A DNA stretch of 59,330 bases, filler included, from Sphacelaria rigidula (Eukaryota), in NCBI GenBank assembly GCA_964200075.2. It is 10 parts of 10 records of this genome, joined end to end, with 100 filler letters (N's around TTAATTAATTAA, not from the genome) between each part and the next. Parts side by side here need not be neighbours in the genome. Positions count along the whole stretch, not along the records: positions 11,889 to 17,731 come from CAXNAA020024020.1; positions 17,832 to 23,674 come from CAXNAA020024021.1; positions 23,775 to 29,617 come from CAXNAA020024022.1; 7 more parts are not named here. The stretch is one strand, 5' to 3'. A program made the translations under genes and the position numbers. Positions 12,030-24,818 of the stretch are shown here, one piece after another (the first letter of the stretch is position 1; every line of letters starts with the position of its first letter). The notes beneath the pieces are model-generated. The model ran no database searches. It was not told the origin of the DNA and saw only the letters and a program-made list of their open reading frames with translations.

Positions 12030-12806
12030 CCGACAAATACGGAATTACCAGCTCCTGAGCGATCTTTCAAGTGACGACGAGGCAGCCTCCTACCGCGAAT
12101 CCCTCAATATAACGGGGTCACGTCCACCACCCCCACCGCCTCCCACTGGCGTTGATTCGGCGGCGGGTGCTTCGTCCTCTCCCACGTCGTCGCCCACGCT
12201 ACCGGCGCCGGCGCTCTCTGGGTTGAGCCCCCTCCGCTCGTCGTTCACGCCGTACGAAAGTGAAGACAGTGGGACTGAGTCTGCCGCTGTCGACCGTAAA
12301 AGTACTGTCATCGGCGCGTCCGGCGATGGGATCAACGTTAGTGGCGGCAAAGGTAACGACGACGATAAGGTAGCCGAGGGTGGAAGCGCAAACGAAATCG
12401 AGTTGGTTGGCAACGGAGAAGGCAGCGGGGCTGCCGAGGTAGCCACCGGATTGTCGGGACCCGAATCGCGAGGAATGAGAATTGATGGTGTCGCAGGGTT
12501 CCCCGGCAACGCCCCTGTGGCAAATTCCACCCCTGGTGCAGCGTCTGCTGCCGCAACGAGCGGCAGCAGCGGCGGCGAGCTGTTGGAGGATGAAGGAAAT
12601 AAGGCAGGCGAGAAAGAGGGCATCGACGACGTTGTACGAAAAGGAAGCACGGAATGGTGCGAAGGAGACGCAGACGGCGACGAGGAGGACAATGCGGACG
12701 GGGACGAGGACGAGGACGAGGCCGACATGGGCGGGCGGGGGGAGGGCCGTGAGGGTGAAGAGGGCAGCTGGTGGTGGAGTTGGACTTGGGGAGCGCTTCC
12801 GGTCAG
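12030..12806 (+). CDS. Lipin/PAH-like phosphatidate phosphatase, internal exon (acidic, low-complexity, ends WSWTWGALP)
   Basis: Acceptor follows a pyrimidine tract; frame open; AG|gtgtgt donor phase 2. W.WG.LP is a motif of lipin linkers. Confidence 0.7.
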
Positions 12807-13146
12807 GTGTGTGTGTGTGTGTGCCGTGTGCCATACTGTACACATATTGTTTCTTGTTTTGATGGGCACGTGTTCTTGTGTAACAGTTCGAGGACGGCGA
12901 AAGCTGAGCAATCCTATCCAGTTGAACCAAGGGTCAATGCGGAACAATTTACTGAAACGGTGCGTGCCGTATCATTTTTGGTTTGTTGGGCATCCCGTAA
13001 CATCCTAATACTCTGGTATGGCTCCAGACGATTCGTAGATATACGTAGCACCGACCGTCTATCCCGCCAGATTTCTCAGCTTCCCCTGCTCATCCCCGTC
13101 GCCTCGGCTTGGCCGATTTTCGGCGACCCTATCGTCGCCCTTACAG

Positions 13147-14982
13147 GAGAAAGCCCAAGAGTACACGGCGAAAGCATCCTAGGAGAAGAAAAGGCCGAGC
13201 GAGCGGTGAGGGGTTTCTAGACGCGGCCGGCGCTTCGCCCACCGTCGAAGACGGATCGAGGCCAGACCGCGCCTGCACGGAGTCGACAGCCACACCGCGA
13301 GCCTCGACGATGCTGTCGACGTCGGACTCGACGAAACTGCTACCTCGATCCTCCTCTGCCAGTGCAATGAAGAAAATGGGTGCGGACGGGAGCGACGGTA
13401 GCGGTATCGGTGAGGATGGCCTAGTCAGAAAGAGCTCAGTTGCTGAGTCTTGTGTGCCAGCCGACGGCGTTAATAGCAGCGACAACAGTGACCACGATTG
13501 CGGCGCCTCTGGTAAGGAGAGTGTCGAGCGAGTCAGTGATGGTAGCGAGGCAGTCCTCAGGAGGGACCGATCACTGTCGAGACCACGAGCAGACGATGTG
13601 GCGGGCGTTGATGGTGAAGATGACACTGCGGTAACCAGCGGCGGCGTCGATAGTGGTGACAACCCCTCAGCTGTTGAAACAGAATCGCAACCTACTACCG
13701 CGGCAATGGCATCCGTCACTCATTTGAGAGGAGGCAGCGGCGAAGGGGTGGACGAATGCTTTCCATCCACGGGCGATGACAAGGACACTGTAGTGACGGG
13801 AAGCTGTGACGAAGCACCTGCCGAGCCGCATGAAAAGGAAGGCGGAACTCCGCAGGAGATTAATCCTCCCAAGTCGACATGGATTGGACGCGGTGCCAGC
13901 GATGATGATGGCGACGCGCCCTCGACCCGATCGCTCGTGCAGGAGCAGGCGTCGACGTCCGCGGGAATCGTGCCGTCCCCGCCAGCAGATGTTGAGGGCG
14001 GTGAGGCGCGGCCGTTAGGACAGACAAGAGCGGATGGTGGGGCCGGCCTGCCGACTGCATCGAACACCGTCCAAGATGCATCGGTTGTTGACGACAAGCA
14101 CCGACGAAATACGCCGATCATCCCAAGTGTTGCGACAGCAACAGCGCAGGATACTGGCTCTACTGCTGAAGGAGTAGCGGCGACGGAGCCAATCGCGATC
14201 GAGACAGCGCAGGGCGGTGCTTTGCACGATCATGTACTCCGCGAAAATATCGAATCCTCAGCAGCACCGTCGACGCTGGAAGACGGGGCGAATGCCGTCG
14301 CGGCATCAAATGGAGCTCCAGAGGCGGCGTCGTCGGACGTCCCACCGGGTGACGAATCAAAAATGGGGCCGATGATGGCGGGGACGGTCGTCGCATCGAA
14401 GATACCAATCGCGTACACCGCATCCTCAGTCAGTGCAGAAGCTGGATCGATGAGCTCGCCGGCGCAATGCGTATTCCCTGGTGATGACGCCCCTGCCATG
14501 AGGCAAATGATCGTTGCCGTAGAAACTGTCGCGCCTGATGTTGAAGCCTGGCTGACCGGGGAACCTTCCGCCGCCAAGGTTTTCGATGCTGCATTTTGTG
14601 GCGAGTCAAGCGACGGCGGAAGTGTCGGTACGAGAACGCCACATTCCCCGCCGACGCCGCCGACGCAACAGCCTTCTCGTTTTTCGCGGAGTGATGCCCC
14701 GTCGCCCGGCATGGTCTCTGATCAGTCAGACCCGACTACTGCGGCGGTGGTTAAAGAGAGCCGGGCGCTTGCCCCAAGCCCCGTGAGACCGCTGGTCGGC
14801 TCTTCATCCCAGGCGTCAGCGACAGCGGCAGAGCTGGCAGGAGTAGCATCCTCGCCGCTTCCCCCAGTCAGCGGCGGCGCGGGACCGCCGACGTCGCAAG
14901 GGGGTTCTTTAGTCGCGTCACCCTCAGGGTCGTCGATGGGATCAACGGTGGGATTCGGGACCCTGGGTGGAGCGGGGAGCAG
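13147..14982 (+). CDS. Lipin-like gene, 1836-bp exon (polybasic RRKPKSTRRKHPRRRK, then S/A/G/D-rich)
   Basis: ttacag acceptor is phase-compatible with the previous exon. Lies in the 638-aa ORF. Ends at AG|GCGAGT (GC donor, phase 2). Confidence 0.7.
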
Positions 14983-15132
14983 GCGAGTGGGTCGTGTTGT
15001 CGTCGGTTGCTCTTTTGCTGTTTAGCTCCATTGTGGGTCGAGTCAGTTCGATTTGAGTCTCATTTCTGCAAATACATCAGGTTTACTACCACGTTGCTAC
15101 TGCCACTGGTTGTGTATTTTGAAGGCACAGTA

Positions 15133-15727
15133 CGAGCTAGGCCAGCTTAAAAGCGGCTAAAAGTTGTTCACATCTTAGCTTTCCCAGTTTCCCGAATGAA
15201 CCCGATGTGAGCATATCACTGTGAAGTGTAGACCAACCTAGTAACACACGGCACCGCCGCTGAATGAAGAAAAAAATGAAGAAAAATGTACTGTATGATA
15301 CATGACCTTAACGACGGACGAAAAACAAAAAAAAGAAGTCTGTCGGGATTCGAACTCATGACCTCCATAATTGGAGTCTCCTATAACTTGAATTATAGGG
15401 GTGCAGCAGCGTCACGCAAAACGTTGCACGCACGGCCCAATTCGATGGCTCTTGGACTGAAATTTCACGAAGACCTTCTGCACCCAAGGAAATGATACAT
15501 CCCGTGAACAGCTGCAGATTCTCATTTTTTTCCTGGGCTTATGACATTATCTTGTTTTTGCTGAAATTTCAAATCCCCAGAAATTCCTTTTTTTTCTTCG
15601 CTGCTCACGGGATGTTCCTCATGGCGATAGTAAAAAGCTGCTGTCAACATTTTAGCGTCCAACCCCTAATATCACGCCGTGCGCCCCTTTAGCCAGAAAA
15701 CCACCCATTGTTGGCTGGCCCAGCTCG
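15133..15727. mobile_element. MITE with TA TSD (Tc1/mariner-type signature), intronic
   Basis: TA|cgagctaggccagc ... gctggcccagctcg|TA: 14-bp TIR with 1 mismatch. Confidence 0.75.
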
Positions 15728-16058
15728 TATGAGTTTTGCCGTTTCCAACAGCACTGAATTTTGTCGTTTCCTGATGCGGGCTCTGTGCGGGTACTTTCAG
15801 CCGTTCGGACGACGCAAATGACTCTCTACTTGCCTCCCCTTTCCGTGTAGTGCTAGCCTTTTACCTGTAACGTGTATCGTGCTAGCCTCATGACGACGCC
15901 ATCACGGCACTCTACAATATACCGCCCCAATCCCCATTTCACCTGCCTTGTACTCGCGCTCATACCACGTCTCTTGTCCGCTCTCTTGTGCATTCATTTA
16001 CCGAACACGCGCCCATGCACACTCGTACATGATGATCACGTTCTCGCGTGATTTTCAG

Positions 16059-16899
16059 GAACGGTTCCGCCGCCGACCTCCGTGGTTTCCACACTCCGCA
16101 CGGTGGCTCCTTCACCGACCTCTGCGAGCTCTCCGTCCTCACAGGAAGCAGCGCTTCCGAAGGTATGGGGCAGGCACAACACGATCGCCTTTTTGCCGCT
16201 GTCGGTTCGGGAAGCACAACGCCCACCTTGTCCACTACCACCCCCGCCGCCGCCTCCACCGCTGCTTCTCTGCGAGCAACGGTAGAGAAGAACGAAAATG
16301 GTAGTGGCCGATCAACACCGGCAGTCAATTCACTGGAAGCAGCACGAGAAACGCCCGCGGCGTCATCAACTGCTGGGGCGACGACCCACAATTCCGGGTC
16401 ATCTTGGGGCAGTCTTGGCACGACGCCCGCGGATTCAGAAACGAGAAACGCGCCAAAACCAATTGTAGCGGCGGCGGCGGCGACGGAGGCGGCGGAGGCC
16501 GCGGCGATTTCAGCGACTGAAGAGGAGTCACCAGCGGCTGACGAAACGCTTCCCGTGTCCTCGGGGTCGTCCTCGTCGCCGAGCGAAGGGGTGCGAAAAC
16601 GAAACAATCACGCGGGAGAAGAAGGACGCCGCCACTTTGGTAACGGAGTTGTCGATGAAAGTAATAGGGGTGGGGGTGCGCGTTTGTCGTCGACGATGCC
16701 GGGGGTGATGCCGACGGCTGCCGACGTGGCGGCAGGTGCGATGGGACCACTGCGACTGGTGCCCGCGATGTCTTTGTCTGGGCACTTGATCAGTCCGGAG
16801 GTCCGGCGGGGCGAGGGCGGACAGGAGGCGTACAAGTGTGCTCGGAAGGCATTCGTGAGCGAGTTGGTGACATGGCATCATTTCTCGCGTTCCGCTAAG
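16059..16899 (+). CDS. Lipin-like gene exon, start of the lipin middle (M-Lip) domain
   Basis: ttttcag acceptor phase 2; AAG|gtgtgc donor phase 0. MSLSGHL...KAFVSELVTWHHF resembles M-Lip LSLCG...F....VT...F. Confidence 0.75.
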
Positions 16900-17140
16900 G
16901 TGTGCGTTTGCGTTTATTTTTATTTATCCCCTTCTCATACCCAGCGTGTTGTTTTTTCTTCGTGCGGTGTACTTTAATTTTCAGAGGTTCACTGTGGGTG
17001 TAGTTGTTGTTGTTAAAGGTTACCACTGTCGCTTGCTCATTCCTTTGCGTCGGGCGACGTCGAGCGGTGACGTTTCTGCCGCTTTCTTTCCTCGTTCGTT
17101 TTTGTGCTTCACTTGTATCCCCATCTTGGACACCTTGCAG

Positions 17141-17254
17141 GAGATATTGAAAGATCCGCGTCTGCTGGTTCTAATTGACGGGCGACTTCTGTCCTTCTCT
17201 GACGCGTTGCCGCACTTGGTTTCGGCATCTGTTTTTGGACGTTCCCTGATTCAG
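17141..17254 (+). CDS. Lipin-like gene exon, M-Lip domain
   Basis: ttgcag acceptor, CAG|gtac donor. EILKDPRLLVLIDGRLLSFSDALPHLVSASVFGRSL vs M-Lip I..DPNLVV.I.G.YY.W..A.P.L.S...F...L. Confidence 0.8.
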
Positions 17255-17908
17255 GTACAGTTCCCCCTGGTCCATTTTTTTCCGGCCCGTATCCTCCCTC
17301 ATTCTTGCCCTGTGTGTGATATCGTGCGCGTGAATTTGTATTATAGCGTAACCATCACCCCAAGTTGCTTGCCAACAACTCAACCATGAAAAAGGTGGGG
17401 TGCCGATTTGTTGTTTCAGACTATCGAGGAAAACGTTAGCAGCTCTTGTCATGGCCACCAAGATACCACAACGAATCTTACTTTTGCGTGCTTGACTAAA
17501 CAGTCCCGAGGCAATGTAGTAAGCTTCTACCGTTTTGGTGAGGTTTCAGATACGACCGAGGGAGTGAGAATCTCGAAAATCTACGCTTTATCCCCCATCA
17601 AAAGCCTGCGATAGTTCCGTGATAACCTCACAGTCCCCATTTCTGTGTCGGGATGATTCCCCCCCCCCCTCGGCTCCGTCTCGGATGGGCGGGTTGGTCC
17701 CTGCGCCCACGGCCACGCCCAGCCACAAATGNNNNNNNNNNNNNNNNNNNNNNNNNNNNNNNNNNNNNNNNNNNNTTAATTAATTAANNNNNNNNNNNNN
17801 NNNNNNNNNNNNNNNNNNNNNNNNNNNNNNNGGCTGATGCGCCCACATTTCCCGAAAGGGGTAGAGTGGCGCCCAGAATAAATGGGACGACAACACACAC
17901 ACACACAC

Positions 17909-18051
17909 ACCGCGAGATTAGTCTTTCTGGATCATGTATACTTTTTTTCACTTAAAGTAGACCGCGAGGTTAGTGATCTGTTGAATCGGCATCAATTTCA
18001 AGTGAAAAAAAGGATGCATGATCCAGAAAGACTAATCTCGCGGTCTAAGGG
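17909..18051. mobile_element. piggyBac-like MITE (about 45-bp TIRs), left tip lost
   Basis: 17909-17953 is inverted at 18000-18044. Right end ...gtctaaggg|TTAA. The same terminus TTAA|cccttagac occurs at 47098-47110. Confidence 0.7.
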
Positions 18052-20901
18052 TTAACCCACCCTTAGATTGCAAACCTGTCACAGATGGACTGAGATGCTG
18101 AGATGGACTACTCGTATGCCATATTTGGGGTTCAGAACAGCTGTCTCTCGCTACGAGTACACAAAATACAATACTCGTATACAAAATACAAAATACCATT
18201 TCTCATGAACATGTGGATGTTGGACATCTATATAGAAAATAGTGCCTGAGAACCCCTGACCGGTTTTCACCCTGCTGTCAAGTTCTTGCAATCAACATGT
18301 TGTGTGCGCTGTATACAGCGACAACAAGGGTGCCATTGCTCTCCACTGAACAGAGTCTCCTGCACGCGACAGAGCCACGCGGGATATCAAAAAGAAATCA
18401 CACAAACTACACGGCACTCAGCACAGCAGCACAGAAACTCCTGTCACAAGAGTACGAGTACAAGTACCCGCACAACAGTACAGCACAGCATACAGGTACC
18501 CCTTCGAAGACGAAAAAGAAGGAAGGGGAAAAAATCCGACTTTCACAGAATCGTGACAATTGGGGACAGCAAGATTTCTGCTAAGAATCGATGCCGAATA
18601 AGCTCTGCTAACGTGCACTTTGCCTAGGGCACCCTCTGCAGCCCCCCATGCCCGAGGGTTTTCGATTCGCCCTTGGCTGGGGATTGTGGTTATGCTTACG
18701 GTTAGGTTTTGAACGTGGTCAACCATATATTTTCCGCGGCGGGTTTCGCGTCAACTTGCCTCCCCTTTAACATGAAGAATGTCCGTCGAAGGAGTGCACT
18801 TACTACTCACACAGACCAGCATGCGCAGCCGCAGCCGCAGCCGTAGCCGCAGTACGAGCAAGGAGAGAAATAATTTGCTGTTCATGACATCGTAGCAATT
18901 ATTTACTGTACTGTATTGACTGTGCTGTGGCACAACATCGAAGCACTCAAGTATTTGTAAAGTCCCAAACCGTCCAGGATGAGGTGTGAGAATAAACAGG
19001 GGGTGGTGGGTAACGTACGAAAGTACTGAAGAGCAATGATACATTCAAACGCTTTCAACTCAATCTTTCCAGCGAGTATATGCACAATACTAGTGAGATC
19101 CATAATGCTGTATAGTTGAAGGCATGCATTTCGAGTCATGAGGGATTTTTCAGCGAAACGTACCCGTGAACGAGCTCTCTTGGTGAATAGCTCGCAAGGG
19201 TGTTATACACCGTAAATGACATAATCCGGTCCGTACGTTGTTTGTACACACCCGACGGATGAAACTTGTTACAGTACATGCTGGTGAAATACAAAAGAAC
19301 GTAGGGTTCACTGAGAGCAAAATCTGTAGCAGTCCATAGACCATCTTAAAAGATTTCTAACAGTATACCCTACGGCATCATTAGCTCTATACTTGTAGAG
19401 ATAACTCCGCCCGAAAAATCACGGTATCCCCATGTGCTTCGTCACGGAAAACTGGCCTCTCTGCTCCCACGTAAAATCTAAATGTAGCAACACAGTCCAG
19501 AATTTTGCTCACCGTCACCAGCTGCACTACAACTGCCAAAAGCAGCCACACGAAGAAGGAAAGCGATGCCAGAGCGTGGAGAAGTAGTCCTCCCCAACCG
19601 CTACCCAACATAATCCCCGCTATTCTCCCCTACGCCAGCAGCAGGATTGGTTGCGACCTTGCCCCTCTGTCATACCTTTTGCCAACGTAGGGGAACATGT
19701 GCGGAGATTCTTCTCGGTGAATCACGGGGACTGATTCACACGGGACGGTCTAGTGTGATGATAGTAGATCATATTATTACGGGAACTAGTAAGATGTAGA
19801 GTCTAGTGTGAAGTTACCGTACATGATGTAGAGGTCTTTTTTCGAATATGCCGCGACTGTTGGATCGGACAGCGGATAACGAAGGGCAACCGGTGGGTTC
19901 GGGGGAGGCTACCCAGTCCAAAATATGTGCGACGGCGACGCCATCGACAACAGCGAGCCCGCGTGAGTTTCCCACTAGTTCTTTGTTCGGGCGCCATCCC
20001 TCTTGAACGTTCTTTGGCGAAAGAATCTTGACGCCACAAAAAACTTGCCGTCTCGTGGGCTTCTGTATTGCAAAACCAACCATGATGAGTGTGTTCAAGG
20101 TGTCTTACCGATCTTTCTATTTCGACTCTTCCGAGACATGGACATCGCGGCTAGACGGTGCCATGTGGTTCGAGCAGAATATGTGATCGTTGGTGCTTGG
20201 AGGTTCATGTGCTGGATGTGGGGACTTAGGATAAAACTTCGATGGGATATGCGTGTATGACTGTGCAGTCTGTACGGTTTTTGTGCGGCTGTACCCCGTT
20301 GTCTTCGTGTTTCCGACTGCTTGCAGTTTTGAGTTTTGATTTGAAAAACAACTTCGTTTGCGCGGTCTGGTGCTTTACGACGAATGAAAATTTCCTTTCG
20401 TGACATCGCTCGGCAGCCCACAAGCTCCCTTTCCACACACGCTGTTCCTCTCCTGCCAGATCATGAGTTGCGCCTTGGCCACGTGGTACACACATTACAT
20501 TGTCCCCACGATAAAGTCGTTCCGCTCCATCGTACATCGGCGTTCCGTACGCAGACAAGTGTTGCTCGCAAGCAATCTGTTGCGCCGCTTTGACCTGCCG
20601 TGCACCGCCCGTGCACGAGCAGCACGTGGCCGTTACAGGTTGCTTCTGAATTGCTTCATATTCAACAAGCACATACCGTACTGACTGTACCGCATCGAAG
20701 GAGGGCACTCGCGAGCTCGTCCTTACTTCATTGGCAGTGCACAGCAAATGGTACGGAGGAATAATACAGTGTCGTGCTGTAGAGTCGGTGGCTCGCTCGT
20801 CTGACTACGATGCGTGAACACCATCCGTACTCTACAGTAGTGCAGCATCTGTAGTCACAGTGTCTCGGGCGGTTCGGAATAATATTTGTTTTGCGAAGCT
20901 T

Positions 20902-20949
20902 TCAAGGGTCGGGCAAATAATGATTCGTCTGGAAATTACTTGGTTTTAG
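20902..20949 (+). repeat. Dispersed repeat end, second copy at 23621-23674
   Basis: caagggtcgg.caaat.aatgattcgtctggaaattacttggttttagt is present twice in contig 4. Confidence 0.7.
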
Positions 20950-22280
20950 TACCATGAGTCGACTCGTGACGAACCAATCCCTAGGCTTTATTTCAGCGTT
21001 GCAACCCAGATACACGCAGTCCAGACACGTGGAATGGCGCAAAAGTTGCGTGGATACCGCTTGGACCAGCGATCAACTTTTTTCTCCCTTTTGGGAAATC
21101 AGGCCAAAGAAAACGTGAATCTGGTGATTTTGAGTCGTGATGATTTGTCCTAACCGTGGAAGCTTCTGCGTTTCGTTTTGCAAAGCTTTTGCGGTTTGTT
21201 TTGCAAAGCTTTTGCGTTATCCCCTCCAGAGATGGATTCCTGAGTCTGGCATACTTTTTTCAAGTGAAATATTTGTCGACTCGACAGAAGAAATACACCC
21301 CCAGACACTCCAAAAGTGTACGTACAGTATATGTTAACCCTCACGTAGACGATCAGGGTAGTCCATTTCAATCATGCATGTTTTTCCGAGTGAAATTGAT
21401 GTCTACTCAACAGTTGACTTCCTTTCGCTCGTTAGGGTCAAGAATTGCAGGTTAGGCCGTGTCTTATCACATTGTTTTCGAATCGAAAACGTACGGTGGA
21501 ATCGAATTTGCTCGTATTTGATACGTTCACGGCATCCATGTTCTCAACCATCTCAGAAAATAAATAGCGTGGGCAAATCAGAAACGAGCGAATTCGATTC
21601 CACCGCACGTTTTCGCCACGAAAACAATTTGATAAGACACGGCCTTATTGACCTATTCCTTCTGAGGGGGATCAACGGCCCGCGGTGTGTATGCCACGTG
21701 CTGGCTGCTGTGTCGTCGTGTATTATAGTTGCCAGGATCCGGATCAAAAATATGTTTGCTTGTTCATGTTCATGTACCGCTTTACTCGTAGTATCACCCT
21801 GCAGATACAGCAGCCGGATGATATACGTCGCAATTGGATGCCTTGCTGAGTTCCCCCCCCCTCATGAAGACAGCCAATCGCGCACTACCCCTGCACCTGC
21901 CACTTCGATCATTTCCCCCTAAACTTTCCTCTGAAGATCATCTCGCGAAACGTGCTTATGGGAGAACCGGTGCCTTGCCTGTGTTATTGGACGTATCCCC
22001 AACTCCGGTACTGTACGTACCCCGACAATTTTTCGTTGCTGCCTTTTATCCGCTCAGACGCCCTTACTTCTTCCGAGGAAGGAACGAGCAAATGGAGGCT
22101 CCGTTTCCGAGGAACTGCCAAGCGCGACCCACAGCGGCAACAGTACCAACGAACACCCCCGGAACACCGCATCTGGCGGTTCCGGCAGTACGCTGCTCGA
22201 CGGGAGAACTGCGACATGCGGGACAATACTCTCGGGTAAATGCCCACCAATCTGCGGGGGGATGTCTTCGAACAAGCGCG

Positions 22281-22790
22281 ATGGAGACCAAGTGGAGACG
22301 GCGGCTGGCGGAGCAGCCGCCAGCACCGCCGGCACCAGCGGCGGGGAAAAAACGACGACGGCCGTTTTCGGCGGCAACCGCGTCCACAAGAAGAGCCCTC
22401 CACCTTGTGGCTGTGGTTCTATTCTTCGCGACGAGAGTAACCGCCTGCGCCGGCGGAGGGTTTACCAGCGATGGCGGCGGGTATGCGCGTAACGGATACA
22501 AGAACGGAGGCCGAGGTGACACGACGAGAACCGGAAAAAGCGGTAGTAGGGGCGACGGCGGTGAGGGTTCGGCGGTGACGGCACCCGACGCAAGTGCAGA
22601 GTGGCAGCACCCGAGTTCTAGACCGCGCCAGCGAAGCAGGATGCCGTGGGACGTTGAGTTGCCCGCCGCTGAACATCGTCAAACGGAGGTTGATGCGCGG
22701 GCGTTTGGTGGCGGCCGGGGAGGAAACGGCGGACGGGCACGGGGACGCGCGGGCGGCCGCGGAGAGGAGTGCGAGGAGGAGGAGGAGGAG

Positions 22791-22823
<33 letters not shown>

Positions 22824-22880
22824 CGGGGCGGCGGGTGGTCGGAGCGCAAGCGGTCGCGCTCTATGCGGGAGATTATTGAG
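22281..22880 (+). CDS. Probable first exon of an unknown protein (hydrophobic segment, Gly-rich, poly-E/D)
   Basis: GC-rich open frame from ATG 22281 to GAG|gtgagc donor; LHLVAVVLFFA segment; (GAG)n(GAC)n codon runs. Start codon uncertain (upstream in-frame ATG at 22092). Confidence 0.6.
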
Positions 22881-23949
22881 GTGAGCTTGGATGAAACGTA
22901 GATGAGCTAGAGAGGGTACGTTGTTGTGTTGTCGTTGTTGTTTGTTCGTGACGGTGGTGTTGGTATTTGGTGTTCGGACTCTGTACTCCTCACGCCTTGA
23001 TCCAGTGGATTTTCTGCGAGCTCAGCGACGCGAATCCATGGTTGAAACGTACGTGCCATTATTGATAGTGCGTGCGTCGTATTCGGATCTTCACAGGGCT
23101 CACAGTCCTGAGGGCTCGCCTAGCGCGCGTAACACGTGTTTTCCCTCAGATCGGCACCACAGAAGCCGACTCTGAGCTTCTGCCATCGCCCGCTTCCCTT
23201 CTGAGGCAGGCACTCCATGCCCCCTCCCTGCTTCGTTGCCCCTAGGCTTCTCGGTGTGCCTGCGGTAGGGTTTGAGTTCGGGTTAGCCTTGGGGTTTTGA
23301 CAAAAACGAGAATATTTGCAACCAAGGGTTTGGGTTGCTGGGTTGGCGTAAAAGTCGCCTCCTTTACTCCCTTGAGCAACACCTCGAAGTGGTTATTTCC
23401 GGGCATCAATTTGGCCGAAACGTCCCCGTCCCCCCTCCACCGCCCCCTACAGGATATGGACCTTCGAGTACGAGAATAGTGGAGCGAACCAGTATTTCCA
23501 CCAGTTGATCTTTCCATTTGGTCTAATGAATATTTTCTTACCCTGGACAAAGATGTGATCAATAGTTGCAAAAGGCTATATATACTTCACACACTACATT
23601 TTTTTCTTCTTCAACTATTGCAAGGGTCGGACAAATCAATGATTCGTCTGGAAATTACTTGGTTTTAGTGTAATNNNNNNNNNNNNNNNNNNNNNNNNNN
23701 NNNNNNNNNNNNNNNNNNTTAATTAATTAANNNNNNNNNNNNNNNNNNNNNNNNNNNNNNNNNNNNNNNNNNNNTCAATAACCGAAATGTTGGGGTCCTA
23801 CGGGAAAATCCAATTTCAGGGTATTTCGGCGATCCGATATCTCGTTGGAAAAGCAGGGACGTTATCTGACGTTTTTGCCATTTGCGGTCGGACAACACAC
23901 ACGCGGCCATTCGGGTACCCCCGTACGACATTCCCTATTGCGATTTTCA

Positions 23950-24255
23950 TCCTCTCGAGGGTAAAGTGGCCCTCCGGAGGATGATAACATACGCTCTAGA
24001 GGGTATGTCATACTCAGTTACGGTCATCAAACGAATCCTCTCGAGGGCATCTCATGCTCCAGTGACTTCTGAGGTCCTAGTCCGTCGAGATTAGTATCGA
24101 AAGAAAATGGTGCTCTAGAGGGCTGCGCATCCTCCAAGTTCCTCCAAAAGGTGCGCGGCCCTCCAGAGGCAAAACAAGCCCCTGGAGGCATTCGATCCCA
24201 CACTCCTCTGGAGGGCCGCGCACCCTCTGGAGGCGTTCAATTCCTCTGGAGGCTC
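23950..24255. repeat. Array of palindromic CCTC-NN-GAGG motifs
   Basis: About ten copies, e.g. cctctcgagg, cctccggagg, ctctagagg, cctctggagg. Confidence 0.65.
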
Positions 24256-24818
24256 GAAAAGTTGACCGGAACAGAGTATTTTGGGGGGTAGCCGAATGGC
24301 CGCGTGTCCGATGAATCTAAACTCGTGATCGGTGCTACTAGTAGAGAGCGTATCATCTACTCCGAGTAGCGATGATGCTCGTGGTTCCCCAACAGGGTTA
24401 CAAGCATCACGGGGGATATTCTTGAACGGAAAATAATAACGGCAACAAACAGGTTTGAAAACGGTTACTATGGGATCGAAGTATACCCAAACCACAGTAT
24501 TTCGGTGGTGTAGGGGTTTGGCGTCGTCGGATTCCCACGGATGACGAACGAAAGACCCAGGAAGCCTCCCGGCAGTTGCCCTCATATCCGTCGTGGTGAA
24601 GCATAAGCTTCGTCAGCCCAGAAACTTGACCGTTCATTCGGTATTGGTGCTACAAATGGAAAAAATATATTTTGATGACAACATTTGCCGGCGGTCCCAG
24701 TTGTGAAGACCCCCGAAAGGCGGTACTGAATGCCTCGAAGTAAAAAAAGAGCGCCCCGGGGTATAGTAATCCGAGGAACATGTGTACAAAGAGTTGGTCG
24801 CGAAACTCGAAAAGCTTA

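Noticed and set aside
12090..16881. Long minus-strand ORFs opposite the lipin-like exons
   Set aside because: Antisense shadows of GC-rich low-complexity coding sequence; splice sites and domain similarity are on the + strand.
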